Below are positions 49,284-59,971 of a stretch of 64,000 bases of DNA, piece by piece. The notes below the pieces were generated by a model. It searched no databases, had not been told where the DNA came from, and saw nothing but the letters and a program-made list of their open reading frames with translations. Position numbers and translations under genes: made by a program. This DNA is from Methanocaldococcus indicus. GTDB lineage: Archaea > AGJL01 > Methanococci > Methanococcales > Methanocaldococcaceae. Each line of letters starts with the position of its first letter. Position 1 is the first letter of the stretch. The stretch spans positions 736,001 to 800,000 of the forward strand of contig NZ_CP186926.1 of NCBI RefSeq assembly GCF_049554935.1. The letters are read 5' to 3'.

Positions 49284-49398
49284 GATTAAGACCTTTTCAA
49301 TATTCTTTGCTTTACAAAGAACAGAAAGTTATATATATTTATAGATTGTATAGTTTAACATAGTAAAGTAAAAAAATTTTCTATCTATGGTGATAGTT

Positions 49399-49620
49399 AT
49401 GAGAATCATAAAAAAATTATTATCAAAAAGAGGGCAAGTATCTATGGAAATAGGTATTTTAGTAGCAGCAGCAGTAGCTGTTGCTGCTATAGCCGCATAT
49501 TTCTACGCTTCTAATGTAAAAGTAGCTGCTGAAAATGCTGGAAAAGGTGCAAATGGTACTATTAACACTTTAACTTCTGCAGCTAATAAAACAGCTGCTA
49601 AAATTGAGAATTTAACCTAA
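49399..49620 (+). CDS. Type IV pilin with class III signal peptide (major-pilin EpdE-like)
   Basis: SKRG|QVSMEIGILVAAAVAVAAIAAYFY; sequons NGT, NKT, NLT; own BRE/TATA at about 49324-49337. Confidence 0.88.
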   Translation: MRIIKKLLSKRGQVSMEIGILVAAAVAVAAIAAYFYASNVKVAAENAGKGANGTINTLTSAANKTAAKIENLT

Positions 49621-49662
49621 TTTTTATACTCTATTCTTATTCTTTAGAGAAAAAATAAATAG

Positions 49663-49679
49663 TTATAACAGCTTATAAA
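49663..49679. repeat. 17-bp direct repeat, left copy (TTATAACAGCTTATAAA)
   Basis: Identical to 50824-50840. Confidence 0.9.
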
Positions 49680-49688
49680 TTTTATTAT

Positions 49689-50795
49689 TTACAAAATTCT
49701 TTTTATAGCGTTCCAAATTAGGAAGGATTGAGGTTTAAGGATTCCATCAATAGGATTTAAGAAAAGGATATTCTTTTTAATTAAAAATTCTCTAATTTTT
49801 TTAGGTATTTTTGTATCTTCAACTTCATAATTCTCTTTAAATATTTTCAATGCATCAACAACTTTTTTATAAAAGTCATCATCATTTTCTTCTTTAACAT
49901 CTTCTAAAAAGTATTTTAGTTTTTGAATAGCATCTTTAAGTAAATAATCTAAAATTTCTTTTAATTCTTTATTTTTTAATTCTTGAATTACATAAACTAT
50001 ATCTATTGGCTTTCCACCAACATAAGAATAAATAAGTTCTTTCTCATCATTAGAGAGTTTTTTATTTAAAATCTCTTCAGATAGAAAATCTATAAATTTT
50101 AAAGCAGTTTTTTTATCAAAATCATCTACTAAGATATATTTGGCTCTACCATCCAACATAGCTTCATTATAAACCTTCTCAATAAACAAGCTATCAGAGG
50201 ATAAACAAAAAACATGGCATAGGTGTTTATGCTTAGTTAAGGAAATAAAATAATTAAATAGTTCATAAATCAAAAATCCATTTATTTTTAAATCTCCTAT
50301 TTTTTGCAATTCATCTAATATTATTATTGGTTGCTTTCCTTCTTTTTTAACTTCTAAAAAAATTTTAGTTAGATAATTAAAAACATCATCTGAATTTTTA
50401 TCTTTTAATAATTGGTTTAATAGATTTTTAGGTATTGGTATGCCTGTTAAAACATTAGATGTTATTGAAGCAATGGAAGGAATATCTATAAAGTCAGGGC
50501 TATCTTTAATTAATGGTTTTAAAAGATTTTTTAACCAGTCAAAAAAAGATTTTTTCGGAGTGTATGTTTTAAACAAGATTCTTATGAAATCATCATATCT
50601 TGATATAAATATCTCCCTCAAATCAAAATAAAAAATAACATACTTATCCTTATCTAACCTATTATTAATTATCTCATTTATTAAAGCCGTCTTCCCAGAG
50701 TTTATTGGTCCATATATAAAATATATAAAATTTGGTTCATTCTCTATTATTGAGAGTATCTCTCTTATCTCTTTCTCCCTATTAAAAAATTTCAT
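49689..50795 (-). CDS. MJ-type archaeal AAA/STAND ATPase (ATPase_2)
   Basis: [29 protein letters not shown] and YVGGKP motifs. Confidence 0.92.
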   Translation of the reverse strand: MKFFNREKEIREILSIIENEPNFIYFIYGPINSGKTALINEIINNRLDKDKYVIFYFDLREIFISRYDDFIRILFKTYTPKKSFFDWLKNLLKPLIKDSPDFIDIPSIASITSNVLTGIPIPKNLLNQLLKDKNSDDVFNYLTKIFLEVKKEGKQPIIILDELQKIGDLKINGFLIYELFNYFISLTKHKHLCHVFCLSSDSLFIEKVYNEAMLDGRAKYILVDDFDKKTALKFIDFLSEEILNKKLSNDEKELIYSYVGGKPIDIVYVIQELKNKELKEILDYLLKDAIQKLKYFLEDVKEENDDDFYKKVVDALKIFKENYEVEDTKIPKKIREFLIKKNILFLNPIDGILKPQSFLIWNAIKRIL

Positions 50796-50823
50796 ATTTT
50801 TCACCAAAAAAATTTAAAAACTT

Positions 50824-50840
50824 TTATAACAGCTTATAAA
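50824..50840. repeat. 17-bp direct repeat, right copy, equal to the 3' end of the 177-aa gene
   Basis: TTATAACAGCTTATAAA encodes ...YKLL-stop on the minus strand. Confidence 0.9.
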
Positions 50841-51357
50841 CTCCATTAATTTCAAAAATTTCTCCTTCTTCTAACAATTCCTTTAAGTATTTTTCAAGCT
50901 CTTCATCTGGGATATTTAACATCTCAGACAATTCTAAAAAAGAAACTTCTCCTAAATCTGATATTAGTTTTAGTATTTTCTCTTTTATCTCTTCTGGCTT
51001 TAAAATTTCCACATTATCTAAGTTTTCAGCTTTTTCTATTAAGTATTTTCTTGTTATTTTTATTTCTAAATCTCTCAATTCTATCCAATTTTCATCTCTT
51101 TCTTTATATATTTCTACTTCCAAAAATTTGTCCTCTTCAACTCTTGGCTTTCCTATTACATCATAAATTTTATTTTCCATATCATTGAAGTTTCTTAACT
51201 CTATCCCTTCTAAATAAAATTTTTCATTTTCTTTATACACCTTACCCAAAATCCTGACTCTTCTCAACTTTTTACCTTCTAAAATTAAATAATTATCCAC
51301 TACTGGATTCTCTAAAAATTCATTTGGATATATTTTGTATGCTGTTTCTCTTTTCAT
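50824..51357 (-). CDS. OB-fold plus winged-helix protein, possibly Rpa2-like
   Basis: RVRILGKV...DVIGK OB-like pattern; C-terminal LLEEGEIFE winged helix. Confidence 0.55.
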   Translation of the reverse strand: MKRETAYKIYPNEFLENPVVDNYLILEGKKLRRVRILGKVYKENEKFYLEGIELRNFNDMENKIYDVIGKPRVEEDKFLEVEIYKERDENWIELRDLEIKITRKYLIEKAENLDNVEILKPEEIKEKILKLISDLGEVSFLELSEMLNIPDEELEKYLKELLEEGEIFEINGVYKLL

Positions 51358-51478
51358 CCTCTCACAAAAATAATATTTAAAATTTAAAGTTATAAATAAG
51401 TTATAAATAATAATTATAGTTCTATTATTAGATAAACTATGAAAGTACTAAATAAAATATACTATACCAAGTGATAAT

Positions 51479-52153
51479 GTGAATATATACTATAAGATAG
51501 TTGAAGATTTTGGTTTTAGTGTTGAGAAAGATATTGAAAGTGCTAAAATTTTAAATGATTTAGTTGAGAATTTAAAGAACACTATTAGCTTGGAGAAAGT
51601 TAAAAGAATTATTAAAGATAAAGATGTCTATATATTAGGAGCAGGACCTTCAATATTTAAACATAGATATCGCATAAAAAATCCAAATGTTGTGGCAGAT
51701 GGTGCATGTAGAGCATTGTTGGAGATAGGAAAAGTTCCTGATATTATTGTGTCTGATTTAGATGGAGATATAGAAGCTCTTTTAGAGTGTAATAAAAAAG
51801 GTAGTGTTATTTTTGTTCATGCACATGGAGACAATATAGAAAAAATAAAAAAAATTGTTCCTAAATTGAAAAATGTTGTTCCTACACATCAAGTCCCAAA
51901 TTTAAAGTTAGAAAATCTCTATTATTTTGGAGGTTTTACAGATGGAGATAGAGCTTGCTATATCTCATATCATTTAGGTGCTAAAAAACTTATATTGGGT
52001 GGAATGGATTTTGGAGATAAGATAAGTAAGTATTCAAGAAATATCAATAAAGATATAGATTTTGCAGATAAATTTAAAAAAAAGAAATTATATTATGCTA
52101 AATATCTGATTGAACTATTAAGTAAAAAGATAGATATTGAATTTTTGGAATGA
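51479..52153 (+). CDS. mptE: 6-hydroxymethyl-7,8-dihydropterin pyrophosphokinase
   Basis: GAGPS, ADGA, VSDLDG, HAHGDN and GGFTDGDRA motifs. Confidence 0.9.
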   Translation: MNIYYKIVEDFGFSVEKDIESAKILNDLVENLKNTISLEKVKRIIKDKDVYILGAGPSIFKHRYRIKNPNVVADGACRALLEIGKVPDIIVSDLDGDIEALLECNKKGSVIFVHAHGDNIEKIKKIVPKLKNVVPTHQVPNLKLENLYYFGGFTDGDRACYISYHLGAKKLILGGMDFGDKISKYSRNINKDIDFADKFKKKKLYYAKYLIELLSKKIDIEFLE

Positions 52154-52376
52154 AATTATGAAAGATAAAAATGAGTTAGCTAAAATTTTTGAAGAATATT
52201 CTAAAAATATTATTGACTTTAAGCTTTTATCTAAAAGTAGAGAAGCAGAATTTTATGAATTTGAATTTAGAAATGACATAATTAATAAACTTTATAATAA
52301 ATTATATTTACATCAGGTTGAAGCTTTATCTAATCTATATAACAACAAGAATGTTATTGTTACAACTCCCACAGGT

Positions 52377-53078
52377 GAGAGTGTCAAGTTAAGCTTTTAT
52401 TAATAATTGATAAAAAATAATAAAATATGAAGCTCACGATAGAAGTCTTAAAGGAGAGAATCGAAGAGGAGAAGATTTTTAAAAGGAATAAGAAGTCGAT
52501 AGAAGTTAAAATCTTAGCTGGGATTTTGTATTATCTTGGACTATCGTTGAGGAAGGTAAGTTTGTTTCTTTCCCAATTCGAAAGTATAAGCCATGAGTCG
52601 GTTAGGACTTATTATCACAAGATTAAAGATGTTTTAAACGAACCTAAAAGAAAGGAAAGATACGCAATTGCAATCGATGAGACCAAACTAAAGATTGGAA
52701 ATGAAAATATTTACGTATGGTCTGCTATTGATGTTGAATCGAAAGAGTGCTTGGGAGTTTATGTTTCTGAAACAAGAAACTGCCTCGATACTATATTATT
52801 CGTTAAGAGTATATTAAAATTTTGCTCTAATAAGCCGAAGATTTTGGTCGATGGTGGAAGATGGTATCCGTGGGCATTGCAAAGATTGGGTTTAGAATTT
52901 GAAAGAGTCAGATTCGGACTGAGAAATTGTGTAGAAAGCTTTTTCTCACTACTCAAACGAAGAACTAAAGCATTTTATAATAGGTTTCCTAATAACAGCA
53001 AATTCGATACAGTTGTTAGCTGGATTAAAAGTTTCATGATGTTCTACAATTAGTTGAAGTCGTTAACTTGACAGTGTC
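52377..53078 (+). mobile_element. IS6-family insertion sequence, 702 bp
   Basis: 16-bp imperfect terminal inverted repeats GAGAGTGTCAAGTTAA / TTAACTTGACAGTGTC; 9-bp target duplication CCCACAGGT at 52368-52376 and 53079-53087. Confidence 0.93.
52427..53053 (+). CDS. IS6-family DDE transposase (possibly truncated by 6 aa)
   Basis: GLSLR HTH; IAIDET, VDGG and [11 protein letters not shown] triad. Confidence 0.92.
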   Translation: MKLTIEVLKERIEEEKIFKRNKKSIEVKILAGILYYLGLSLRKVSLFLSQFESISHESVRTYYHKIKDVLNEPKRKERYAIAIDETKLKIGNENIYVWSAIDVESKECLGVYVSETRNCLDTILFVKSILKFCSNKPKILVDGGRWYPWALQRLGLEFERVRFGLRNCVESFFSLLKRRTKAFYNRFPNNSKFDTVVSWIKSFMMFYN

Positions 53079-55650
53079 CCCACAGGTAGTGGAAAAAGTG
53101 AAATTTTTAAGATGTATATATTAGATAGTTTTTTATCAAATCCTGAAAGAAGATACTTACTAATATTTCCTACAAGAGCATTAATTAACAATCAATTTTT
53201 TAAGTTTAAATCTTTATCAAATAAATTATTTGAATTAACAAATAAAAAACTAAAAATAGAGATTTTACATGGAGATATTAGTAGAGAAAAAAAGGAAAAT
53301 ATTGTTTTTGAGAAACCACATGTTATCTTTACAACTCCTGACACTCTACATTTTAGGATTTTAAGATACAATGATAAATATTCATGGTTATTAAAAAATT
53401 TGGACTTGGTTGTTGTAGATGAGCTACACAGTTATAGAGGTTATTTAGGAACTAACTTTCATTATATATTAAAAAGATTAAAGTATGTATGTAAATTAAA
53501 ATATGATAATAATTTCAAATATTTAGCTTTATCTGCTACATTAAGAAATCCTACAAAGTTTTGTAAAGATATGTTTGAAGAAGATTTTATTTTAATAGAT
53601 AAAGATAGCTCTCCATCATATAATAAATATTTAGTTCTTTTCCAACCTAAGAATTATGATAGCAAACAACTAATAAAAGGAATTATTGAAAAGTTAGTTA
53701 ATAAGAATATAAAAACAATTTGCTTTTTTGATAGTAGAATTACAGCTGAAAAGATTAGTAAGATGTTCAGAAATAGTAAATTTAGAGAGCTAATAACTGT
53801 TTATAAAGGAACTCTAACAAAGAATATAAGGAATGAGATAGAAAATCATTTTAATGATTCTAAATATTTATGTTTGTTATCAACAAATGCATTAGAGTTA
53901 GGAATAGATATTGGAGATGTCTCATCAGTTGTCAATTATGGAATTCCAGCAGATGGGATATTTTCTTTAATCCAAAGATTTGGAAGAGCTGGAAGAAAGG
54001 GGGATGCTTTAAATTGTATAGTATTTAAAAAAGATGCATTAGACTTATATTATTTAAAAAATAGCAAAGAACTTTATGAAAAAATAAAAAACAATATTAT
54101 TGAGCATATTCCTATAAATAAAGAAAATGAAATTATTGCAAAGAGACATATACACAACTTAATTTATGAATTAAAAAGAGTAAATATAGATAAAATAAAA
54201 TTGAGTTCTTTTGAGAAAAAAATTATTATAGAGTTGCAAAAAGAAAATAAAATAAAATTTGACATTGAAAATAAAGAACTCTATTCATCTGTTGAGCCAA
54301 AATATTACAACATAAGGACTATTGGAGAAGAAACTTATTATTTAATTTTGAATAGAGAGGATATTAAAAATAAAATAAAATCTTTTGATAATATAAAAGC
54401 TCTTAACCAATATATCAACAACTTAAAAAAAGAAAAGATTATTATTGAGCAGTTATCAAAGGATGACTATTATAGATATCTTCTCCCAGGATATCCTTAT
54501 TATTCAAGAGGTAAAATCTACATTATTTCTGATTATTTTGAATATAACAATATAAAATTTGTATTTGTTGAAGAGTTTGATGGAGATGTTGATTATCAAT
54601 CTAAATATACAAAAGATGTTAAAATAATTCAAAAGAAAGATGAGAAAGAAATAAATAACTTAAAAATATGCTTTGGAAAGTTATTAATAGAGGAGATTTA
54701 TGAAGGATTTGTTGTTAGAGGGAGAGATACAAATAAATATTATGAATATCTTAACAAACTAAAAAATAAAGGATTTTTAAAAGCTAAGATTGAGAAAGGA
54801 AATCCATATTTTATAGTTGTTGCTAATCTAACTAATTATAATGTTGAATCTTTTAAAGAAGAATTATTTAAATTAAAAATTAGAGATATTGATATAAATG
54901 ACAATAATGTGTATATCTCAATTTATGAAATTTATACATTAGATAAGCTTCTTTCTTTTTTAGAAGAGTATAAAATTCCTTTTAAACTATTTGAAACTTT
55001 TGATATCTATATTATCTATGAGAATCCATATATTAAAAAATTTGAAACTGAGGGGATATGGTTAGTATTTCCAGAGGAGATTAAAGAAGTGTGTAATTAT
55101 GAATACAACTATTTTATGGAAAGAATTCCTGAAAAATATAAGGATATTGCAAAAGAACTATATGATAAAATTGATAGAAAAGAGCTATTTTTAAGATATA
55201 GAGGATATACTTCCCACTATATTTTAGAAACTATTAAAAAAAGATTATCTTTTATAAAGGATGAGAAGAAAATAGAAAACATCTCATACTATATCAAAAA
55301 ACTTATAGATAGTAAAGATATAGGTAATGGACTTCATGCAGTTGAACATATATTTATAAAATTAATTCCTACTGAGTGTTTTGTTGATAGTAGAGAAATT
55401 GGAGGATACAGCTACTCTCAATATGAATATCTAAATAAGCCAACTATTTTTGTTTATGATGGTAATGAGGGAGGAATTGGAGTAATTGAAAGAGTATTCC
55501 AAACATCTGAAAAGTTGTTGGAGAAGAGTTATAATCATCTAAAATTATGTAGATGTAAAGATGGATGTCCTTTATGTATATACTCTACTAAATGTGGAAA
55601 TCTAAATGAGTTTTTAGATAAATTCCAGGCAATAAAAATCTTAGAGAAAT

Positions 55651-55905
55651 TTATAAAAATGAAAGAATCAATAAAATAGCTACACCAACAACTCCACCAA
55701 TTGCAACAATCAATAAATTTATCAAATCTAATTTTATGTGTGCTATGCCTAAATAGTTTATTATATATATTAAAATTATACCTACAATTGTATTAATTGC
55801 TAAATGTCTAATTATCTTAAATGTAAATTTAATTATCAAATAAGCTACAACTAAAACCAAAACTAACAATACAATTGTTTCAATCATACTATGCCCTCCA
55901 AACAT
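55651..55905 (-). CDS. BofA-like small membrane protein
   Basis: LAINTIVG...IGGVVG pattern; three transmembrane helices. Confidence 0.7.
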   Translation of the reverse strand: MFGGHSMIETIVLLVLVLVVAYLIIKFTFKIIRHLAINTIVGIILIYIINYLGIAHIKLDLINLLIVAIGGVVGVAILLILSFL

Positions 55906-55943
55906 AACTACTCCTCAAAATATATTTTTAATGGTAAATAGTT

Positions 55944-56897
55944 ATGATAAAGATTATTTATATAGTTGATGATAATTTAGCTAAAAAAATAAAAGAAATT
56001 TTAGAGTTCTTTAACTATCCTTCTGAAATATTTAATATAAAAGAGTTTGAAATAGAGGGAAATGAAGAAGGATTTATTTTTATATCTGCTATTGGAATTG
56101 TTATAAGGAAATATATTGATAAAATTAAGAAAGATAAATTTACAGACCCTTTTGTTATAGTTGCCAATGAAAAAAAGGAGTTCATCCCTATTTTATCTAA
56201 CCACTTAGGTAGAGGAAATTATTTTGCTAAACTGTTAGCTAATTATTTAAATGGGAAAGTTATTTTTACAACTGCAACAGATACTCATAACAAAGTAGGT
56301 TTAGATGAACTTACCAATATTCTATACTTAGAAAAGCCTAAAAGAGAAGATATACTAAAAATAAACAAAAAAATACTTTTTGAAGATGTAAATATAAAAA
56401 TTCCTCATTATTGGAGAATAAAAAAGATTGATGGCTACATTATTGAATACCACAATAAAAACTATGTTTTAGTTGATAATTATATAAAATTGAATCCTTT
56501 AAAAATAGTTGTTGGTGTAGGTTGTAGGAAAAACATTAAAGAGCATAAAGTATATTGGCTTATAAAAAAAGCTCTTTTTTTGAGAAATTTAGAGAGTTGG
56601 AGAGTTGATGCATTCTCATCAATATCTATAAAAAGAGATGAATTAGGACTTATTAATGCTATTAATAAGTTAAATAAAGAAATATTGTTTTTTGACAATA
56701 ATGAGCTTAACAATATAGTAGGTAAATACAACTTAAATAAAAATGATTTTGTTTATAAAAATACAGGAGCTTTTTCTGTTAGTGAAGCCTCTGCTTTATT
56801 AGGAGTTGAAAAGCTCTCAAAAAATAAAGGAAAGCTTTTATTAAAAAAGATTAAAAAAGATGGTGTATCTGTTAGCATAGCTATTGAGGATAGATAG
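55944..56897 (+). CDS. cbiG: Cobalt-precorrin-5A hydrolase
   Basis: GIVIR, DP, LSNH.G..N, TTATD, GVGCRK and VSEASAL motifs. Confidence 0.92.
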   Translation: MIKIIYIVDDNLAKKIKEILEFFNYPSEIFNIKEFEIEGNEEGFIFISAIGIVIRKYIDKIKKDKFTDPFVIVANEKKEFIPILSNHLGRGNYFAKLLANYLNGKVIFTTATDTHNKVGLDELTNILYLEKPKREDILKINKKILFEDVNIKIPHYWRIKKIDGYIIEYHNKNYVLVDNYIKLNPLKIVVGVGCRKNIKEHKVYWLIKKALFLRNLESWRVDAFSSISIKRDELGLINAINKLNKEILFFDNNELNNIVGKYNLNKNDFVYKNTGAFSVSEASALLGVEKLSKNKGKLLLKKIKKDGVSVSIAIEDR

Positions 56898-56899
56898 TT

Positions 56900-57322
56900 A
56901 TGAAGTTAGAGCTTGGATATGGATTTAGATGTGTGAGATGTGGAAAGTGTTGTATCTCTCCTCCAACAGTTACAAAAAAAGATATCCAAAATATAGCAGG
57001 ATATCTAAACATTAGCTTTAAAGATTTCATTAAAAAATATTGTAGATACTTCAATGGTAAGAGAGGAGAAATTAAAAAAGTAAATGGAAAATGTGTATTT
57101 TTTAAAGATAATGGTTGTTCAATATACAAAGTTAGACCTATAATATGTAGATTTAGGCCATACTCAATACAATTTAAAAACAATGAGTTAGTAATAACTT
57201 ATGACAAATGGTTTTTAGAGAACTGTAAAGGACTATTTAAAGGAGAGTTGATAGATGAAGATTCATTAAGATACTATAAGTTAGTTTTAAAGTATCTTGG
57301 AGTTGAAAAAGCTCAGTATTAA
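56900..57322 (+). CDS. YkgJ-family cysteine-cluster protein
   Basis: CVRCGKCC, CVF, CSIY..RP.ICR. Confidence 0.85.
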   Translation: MKLELGYGFRCVRCGKCCISPPTVTKKDIQNIAGYLNISFKDFIKKYCRYFNGKRGEIKKVNGKCVFFKDNGCSIYKVRPIICRFRPYSIQFKNNELVITYDKWFLENCKGLFKGELIDEDSLRYYKLVLKYLGVEKAQY

Positions 57323-57452
57323 ACTACTCTTATATGTTATTATCTTCCAATTAAACTCTTTTCTAAATTTTACCTACACAAAAGAAATATATACTATTTT
57401 AAACATAAATTATTAGAAATTATACAAAAAAACGTGGTGAGGGGATGTTGTA

Positions 57453-59282
57453 ATGAAATTTTTAATGAACATCTCTATAAAAAAGAGACTTTTGGCTATC
57501 TTTTCCATACTTGTATTAATGTTAATTGGTTCTGCTGCTGTTACTGTTTATGTTCATAATAGTATTAAGCATGATGGTTATATAATAAATATAGCTGGAA
57601 AACAAAGAATGTTAATTCAAAAAATGTCTAAAGATGCATTTATGATTGCTGCTGGATATACTGAATACAAAAAAGATTTAAATGAAACAGCCAAAACCTT
57701 TGATACTGTATTAAATGATTTAATAAATGGAAATCCTGAGAAAGGTATTCCTCCAGCTCCTCCAGAAGTAAAAGAACAACTCTTAAAAGTTAAATCAATG
57801 TGGGACCCATTTTACCAAAATATAAAAATTATCTTAACAAAAAATCCAAACTCTCCAGAATTTAAAAAAGCTTTGGAATATATTAAAGACAATAATATTC
57901 CACTATTAGTAGAGATGAACAAAGCTGTTATGCTATATCAAGATTTATATGAAGATAAAATAGCATTTATAGACCACATAACAACACTATTTGCAATATT
58001 AGGAATAATAATTGGAATTATTGGATTATTTATTGTTAATAATACAATAATAAAACCATTAGAAAAATTAAAAGAAATTACTGAAAAACTTTCTAATAGG
58101 GAGTTTATTGATTTAGACAATAATGGATTTGGTAACGATGAGATTGGAGATATTTATAAAAATGTTTTAAAAATCTTAAACAATATGAAAGAAGATTTAG
58201 AAAAGATTAAAAAACAAGAAGAGAAAATTGAAAACATTCTAAAACAAATAACTGAAATAATGGAAGAAATTGCAAATGGTAATTTATCAAAAAGATTACC
58301 TGAAACTGAGGAAGTATTTAAAGATATAAACAAAGCATTAGATAAATTATCTGAATTAATCAAGGTTTTAAAAGAAAGTATCAAAAAAATAAATGAAGAT
58401 GCTAATAAAGTTGCTGATGAAATTATTAGAGTAAAAGAAGTTTCTGACCAAGTAGCAGATGCAACACAACAAGTAGCGACAGCGGCAACAGACCAATCAA
58501 CAAAACTACAAGATATAAGTCAAGAGTTAGAGGATGTTACAAATATAACAAGAGGTGTTTATGACTCCGCAGTCAGTGGAGTTGATGCTGTTAGAGTAGT
58601 AGAAGATTCTACAAATTTAGGAGTTGAAAAGGTTGAGCACGCAATTGAAACAATGCAAAGAATTGCAAACGTTATAGATGAGTTAGGTAGAGCTTTAGAA
58701 GAGTTAGGTAGAGAAAGCCAAAAAATTAATGAGATAACCGCTCTAATTAAAGATATTGCCGAACAAACAGGATTATTAGCATTAAACGCATCTATTGAAG
58801 CGGCAAGAGCAGGAGATGCTGGAAGAGGGTTTGCTGTTGTTGCAAGTGAAATTAAAGGTTTAGCTGAAGAGATTGGTAAGTCTGTTGATGACATTAACAA
58901 AACTATAAGTGAAATACAAGAGAAAATTAATAAAACAATTGATTTAGGGTTAGCTGGAAAAGAAGAGGTTGATAAAGGAGTTGTCGCAATTGATGAAGTT
59001 AATAATGCATTTATGAAAATTAAGGAGAGTGTTGATTTAGTAAATCAAAAGATGGAAGAGATAAAATCAGCGGCTGAAAAAGCTGCTGAGAGTATTCAAG
59101 CCGCTTTAAGAGATGTGCAAGATGTCGCTTCTATATCTGAAGAGTTCGCCGCTACCGCTGAAGAACTAACTGCCTCAACTGAAGAATTAAATGCTATTAT
59201 TGAAGAGATTAGTAAAGCTACAGACAAAGTCAGAGAAGAAGTAAATAGATTGGCTAAATATGCTGATTCATTTAAAGTATAA
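57453..59282 (+). CDS. Methyl-accepting chemotaxis protein with NarX/PilJ-type extracellular sensor
   Basis: [22 protein letters not shown] and MA domain. Confidence 0.92.
   Translation: MKFLMNISIKKRLLAIFSILVLMLIGSAAVTVYVHNSIKHDGYIINIAGKQRMLIQKMSKDAFMIAAGYTEYKKDLNETAKTFDTVLNDLINGNPEKGIPPAPPEVKEQLLKVKSMWDPFYQNIKIILTKNPNSPEFKKALEYIKDNNIPLLVEMNKAVMLYQDLYEDKIAFIDHITTLFAILGIIIGIIGLFIVNNTIIKPLEKLKEITEKLSNREFIDLDNNGFGNDEIGDIYKNVLKILNNMKEDLEKIKKQEEKIENILKQITEIMEEIANGNLSKRLPETEEVFKDINKALDKLSELIKVLKESIKKINEDANKVADEIIRVKEVSDQVADATQQVATAATDQSTKLQDISQELEDVTNITRGVYDSAVSGVDAVRVVEDSTNLGVEKVEHAIETMQRIANVIDELGRALEELGRESQKINEITALIKDIAEQTGLLALNASIEAARAGDAGRGFAVVASEIKGLAEEIGKSVDDINKTISEIQEKINKTIDLGLAGKEEVDKGVVAIDEVNNAFMKIKESVDLVNQKMEEIKSAAEKAAESIQAALRDVQDVASISEEFAATAEELTASTEELNAIIEEISKATDKVREEVNRLAKYADSFKV
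58467..59195 (+). repeat. 729-bp dispersed direct repeat, copy 2
   Basis: Nearly identical to 44250-44978. Confidence 0.92.
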
Positions 59283-59283
59283 A

Positions 59284-59676
59284 TTATAATAATCTTTTTT
59301 TAAAATTTTTAATAAATATTTTTAATCTCTCCAATGTCTCATCAGATAGTGCATGTTCTAACTTACAAGCCTCATCTGAAGCTTTTCTTTCATCTACTCC
59401 TAAAATTTCTACTAAAAATATTTTTATTGTTCTATGCTTATCATATATTTTTTTAGCTTTTTCTTCACCTTTATATGTCAGAGTTATACCAACATATGGC
59501 TCATAATTAACATAACCTAATTTCTGTAGCTTTTTAGCCATATTTGTAACAGCAGAAGGTTTTATATTTAATAAATTGGCTAATTCTGTTGTTTTTATAG
59601 GTCTTTTATTTTTCTTTATAAAAATATATATCTTTTCTAAATAATCCTCAATACTCTCAGACATCATAATCTCCAA
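59284..59676 (-). CDS. DtxR/MntR-family metal-dependent repressor
   Basis: EDYL, KHR and EACKLEH motifs; divergent from feoAB. Confidence 0.92.
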   Translation of the reverse strand: MEIMMSESIEDYLEKIYIFIKKNKRPIKTTELANLLNIKPSAVTNMAKKLQKLGYVNYEPYVGITLTYKGEEKAKKIYDKHRTIKIFLVEILGVDERKASDEACKLEHALSDETLERLKIFIKNFKKRLL

Positions 59677-59699
59677 AAGCTTTTTATATGATAAAATTT

Positions 59700-59734
59700 T
59701 TTAACTATAATTAAATTTTTTAACCATATTTAAA
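59700..59734. promoter_or_regulatory. Two tandem TTTAA-N6-TTAAA palindromes, candidate DtxR operator
   Basis: 59700-59715 and 59719-59734, 19-bp period, downstream of the feoA TATA. Confidence 0.5.
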
Positions 59735-59746
59735 AGTTGTGGTTAT

Positions 59747-59968
59747 ATGTATCCATTAGCATTTGCAAAAGAGGGAGAAGAAGTTATTATAAAAAAAATT
59801 AATGCTGGATATGGGGCTATACATAAGCTATCAAGTATGGGGTTAAATGTAGGTAGTAGAATTAGAGTTGTAAGAAATCAAAGTGGTCCTATTATAGTGA
59901 ATGCAAGAGGTTGTAATATTGCTATTGGAAGAGGATTAGCTATGAAAATATTGGTAGATAAGGGATAG
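59747..59968 (+). CDS. feoA: Ferrous iron transport protein A
   Basis: LSSMGL..G...GP...AIGRGLA. Confidence 0.92.
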   Translation: MYPLAFAKEGEEVIIKKINAGYGAIHKLSSMGLNVGSRIRVVRNQSGPIIVNARGCNIAIGRGLAMKILVDKG

Positions 59969-59971
59969 GAT

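Larger units (their letters stand above)
52158..55679 (+). pseudogene. DEAD/DEAH helicase with DUF1998 zinc domain (Hrq1/SftH/MrfA-like), interrupted by IS6
   Basis: LYLHQ...TPTG/IS/SGKS, PTRAL, DELH, SAT, QRFGRAGR, CxCxxGCPxC; removing the IS plus one duplication restores a 936-aa frame. Confidence 0.9.

Noticed and set aside
49663-49679. 17-bp repeat as a Xer/dif site
   Set aside because: The spacer between ATAA and TTAT is 4 nt, not 6, and the arms are too short.
52137-52403. 88-aa ORF as an independent gene
   Set aside because: It is the helicase N-terminus running into the IS left end.
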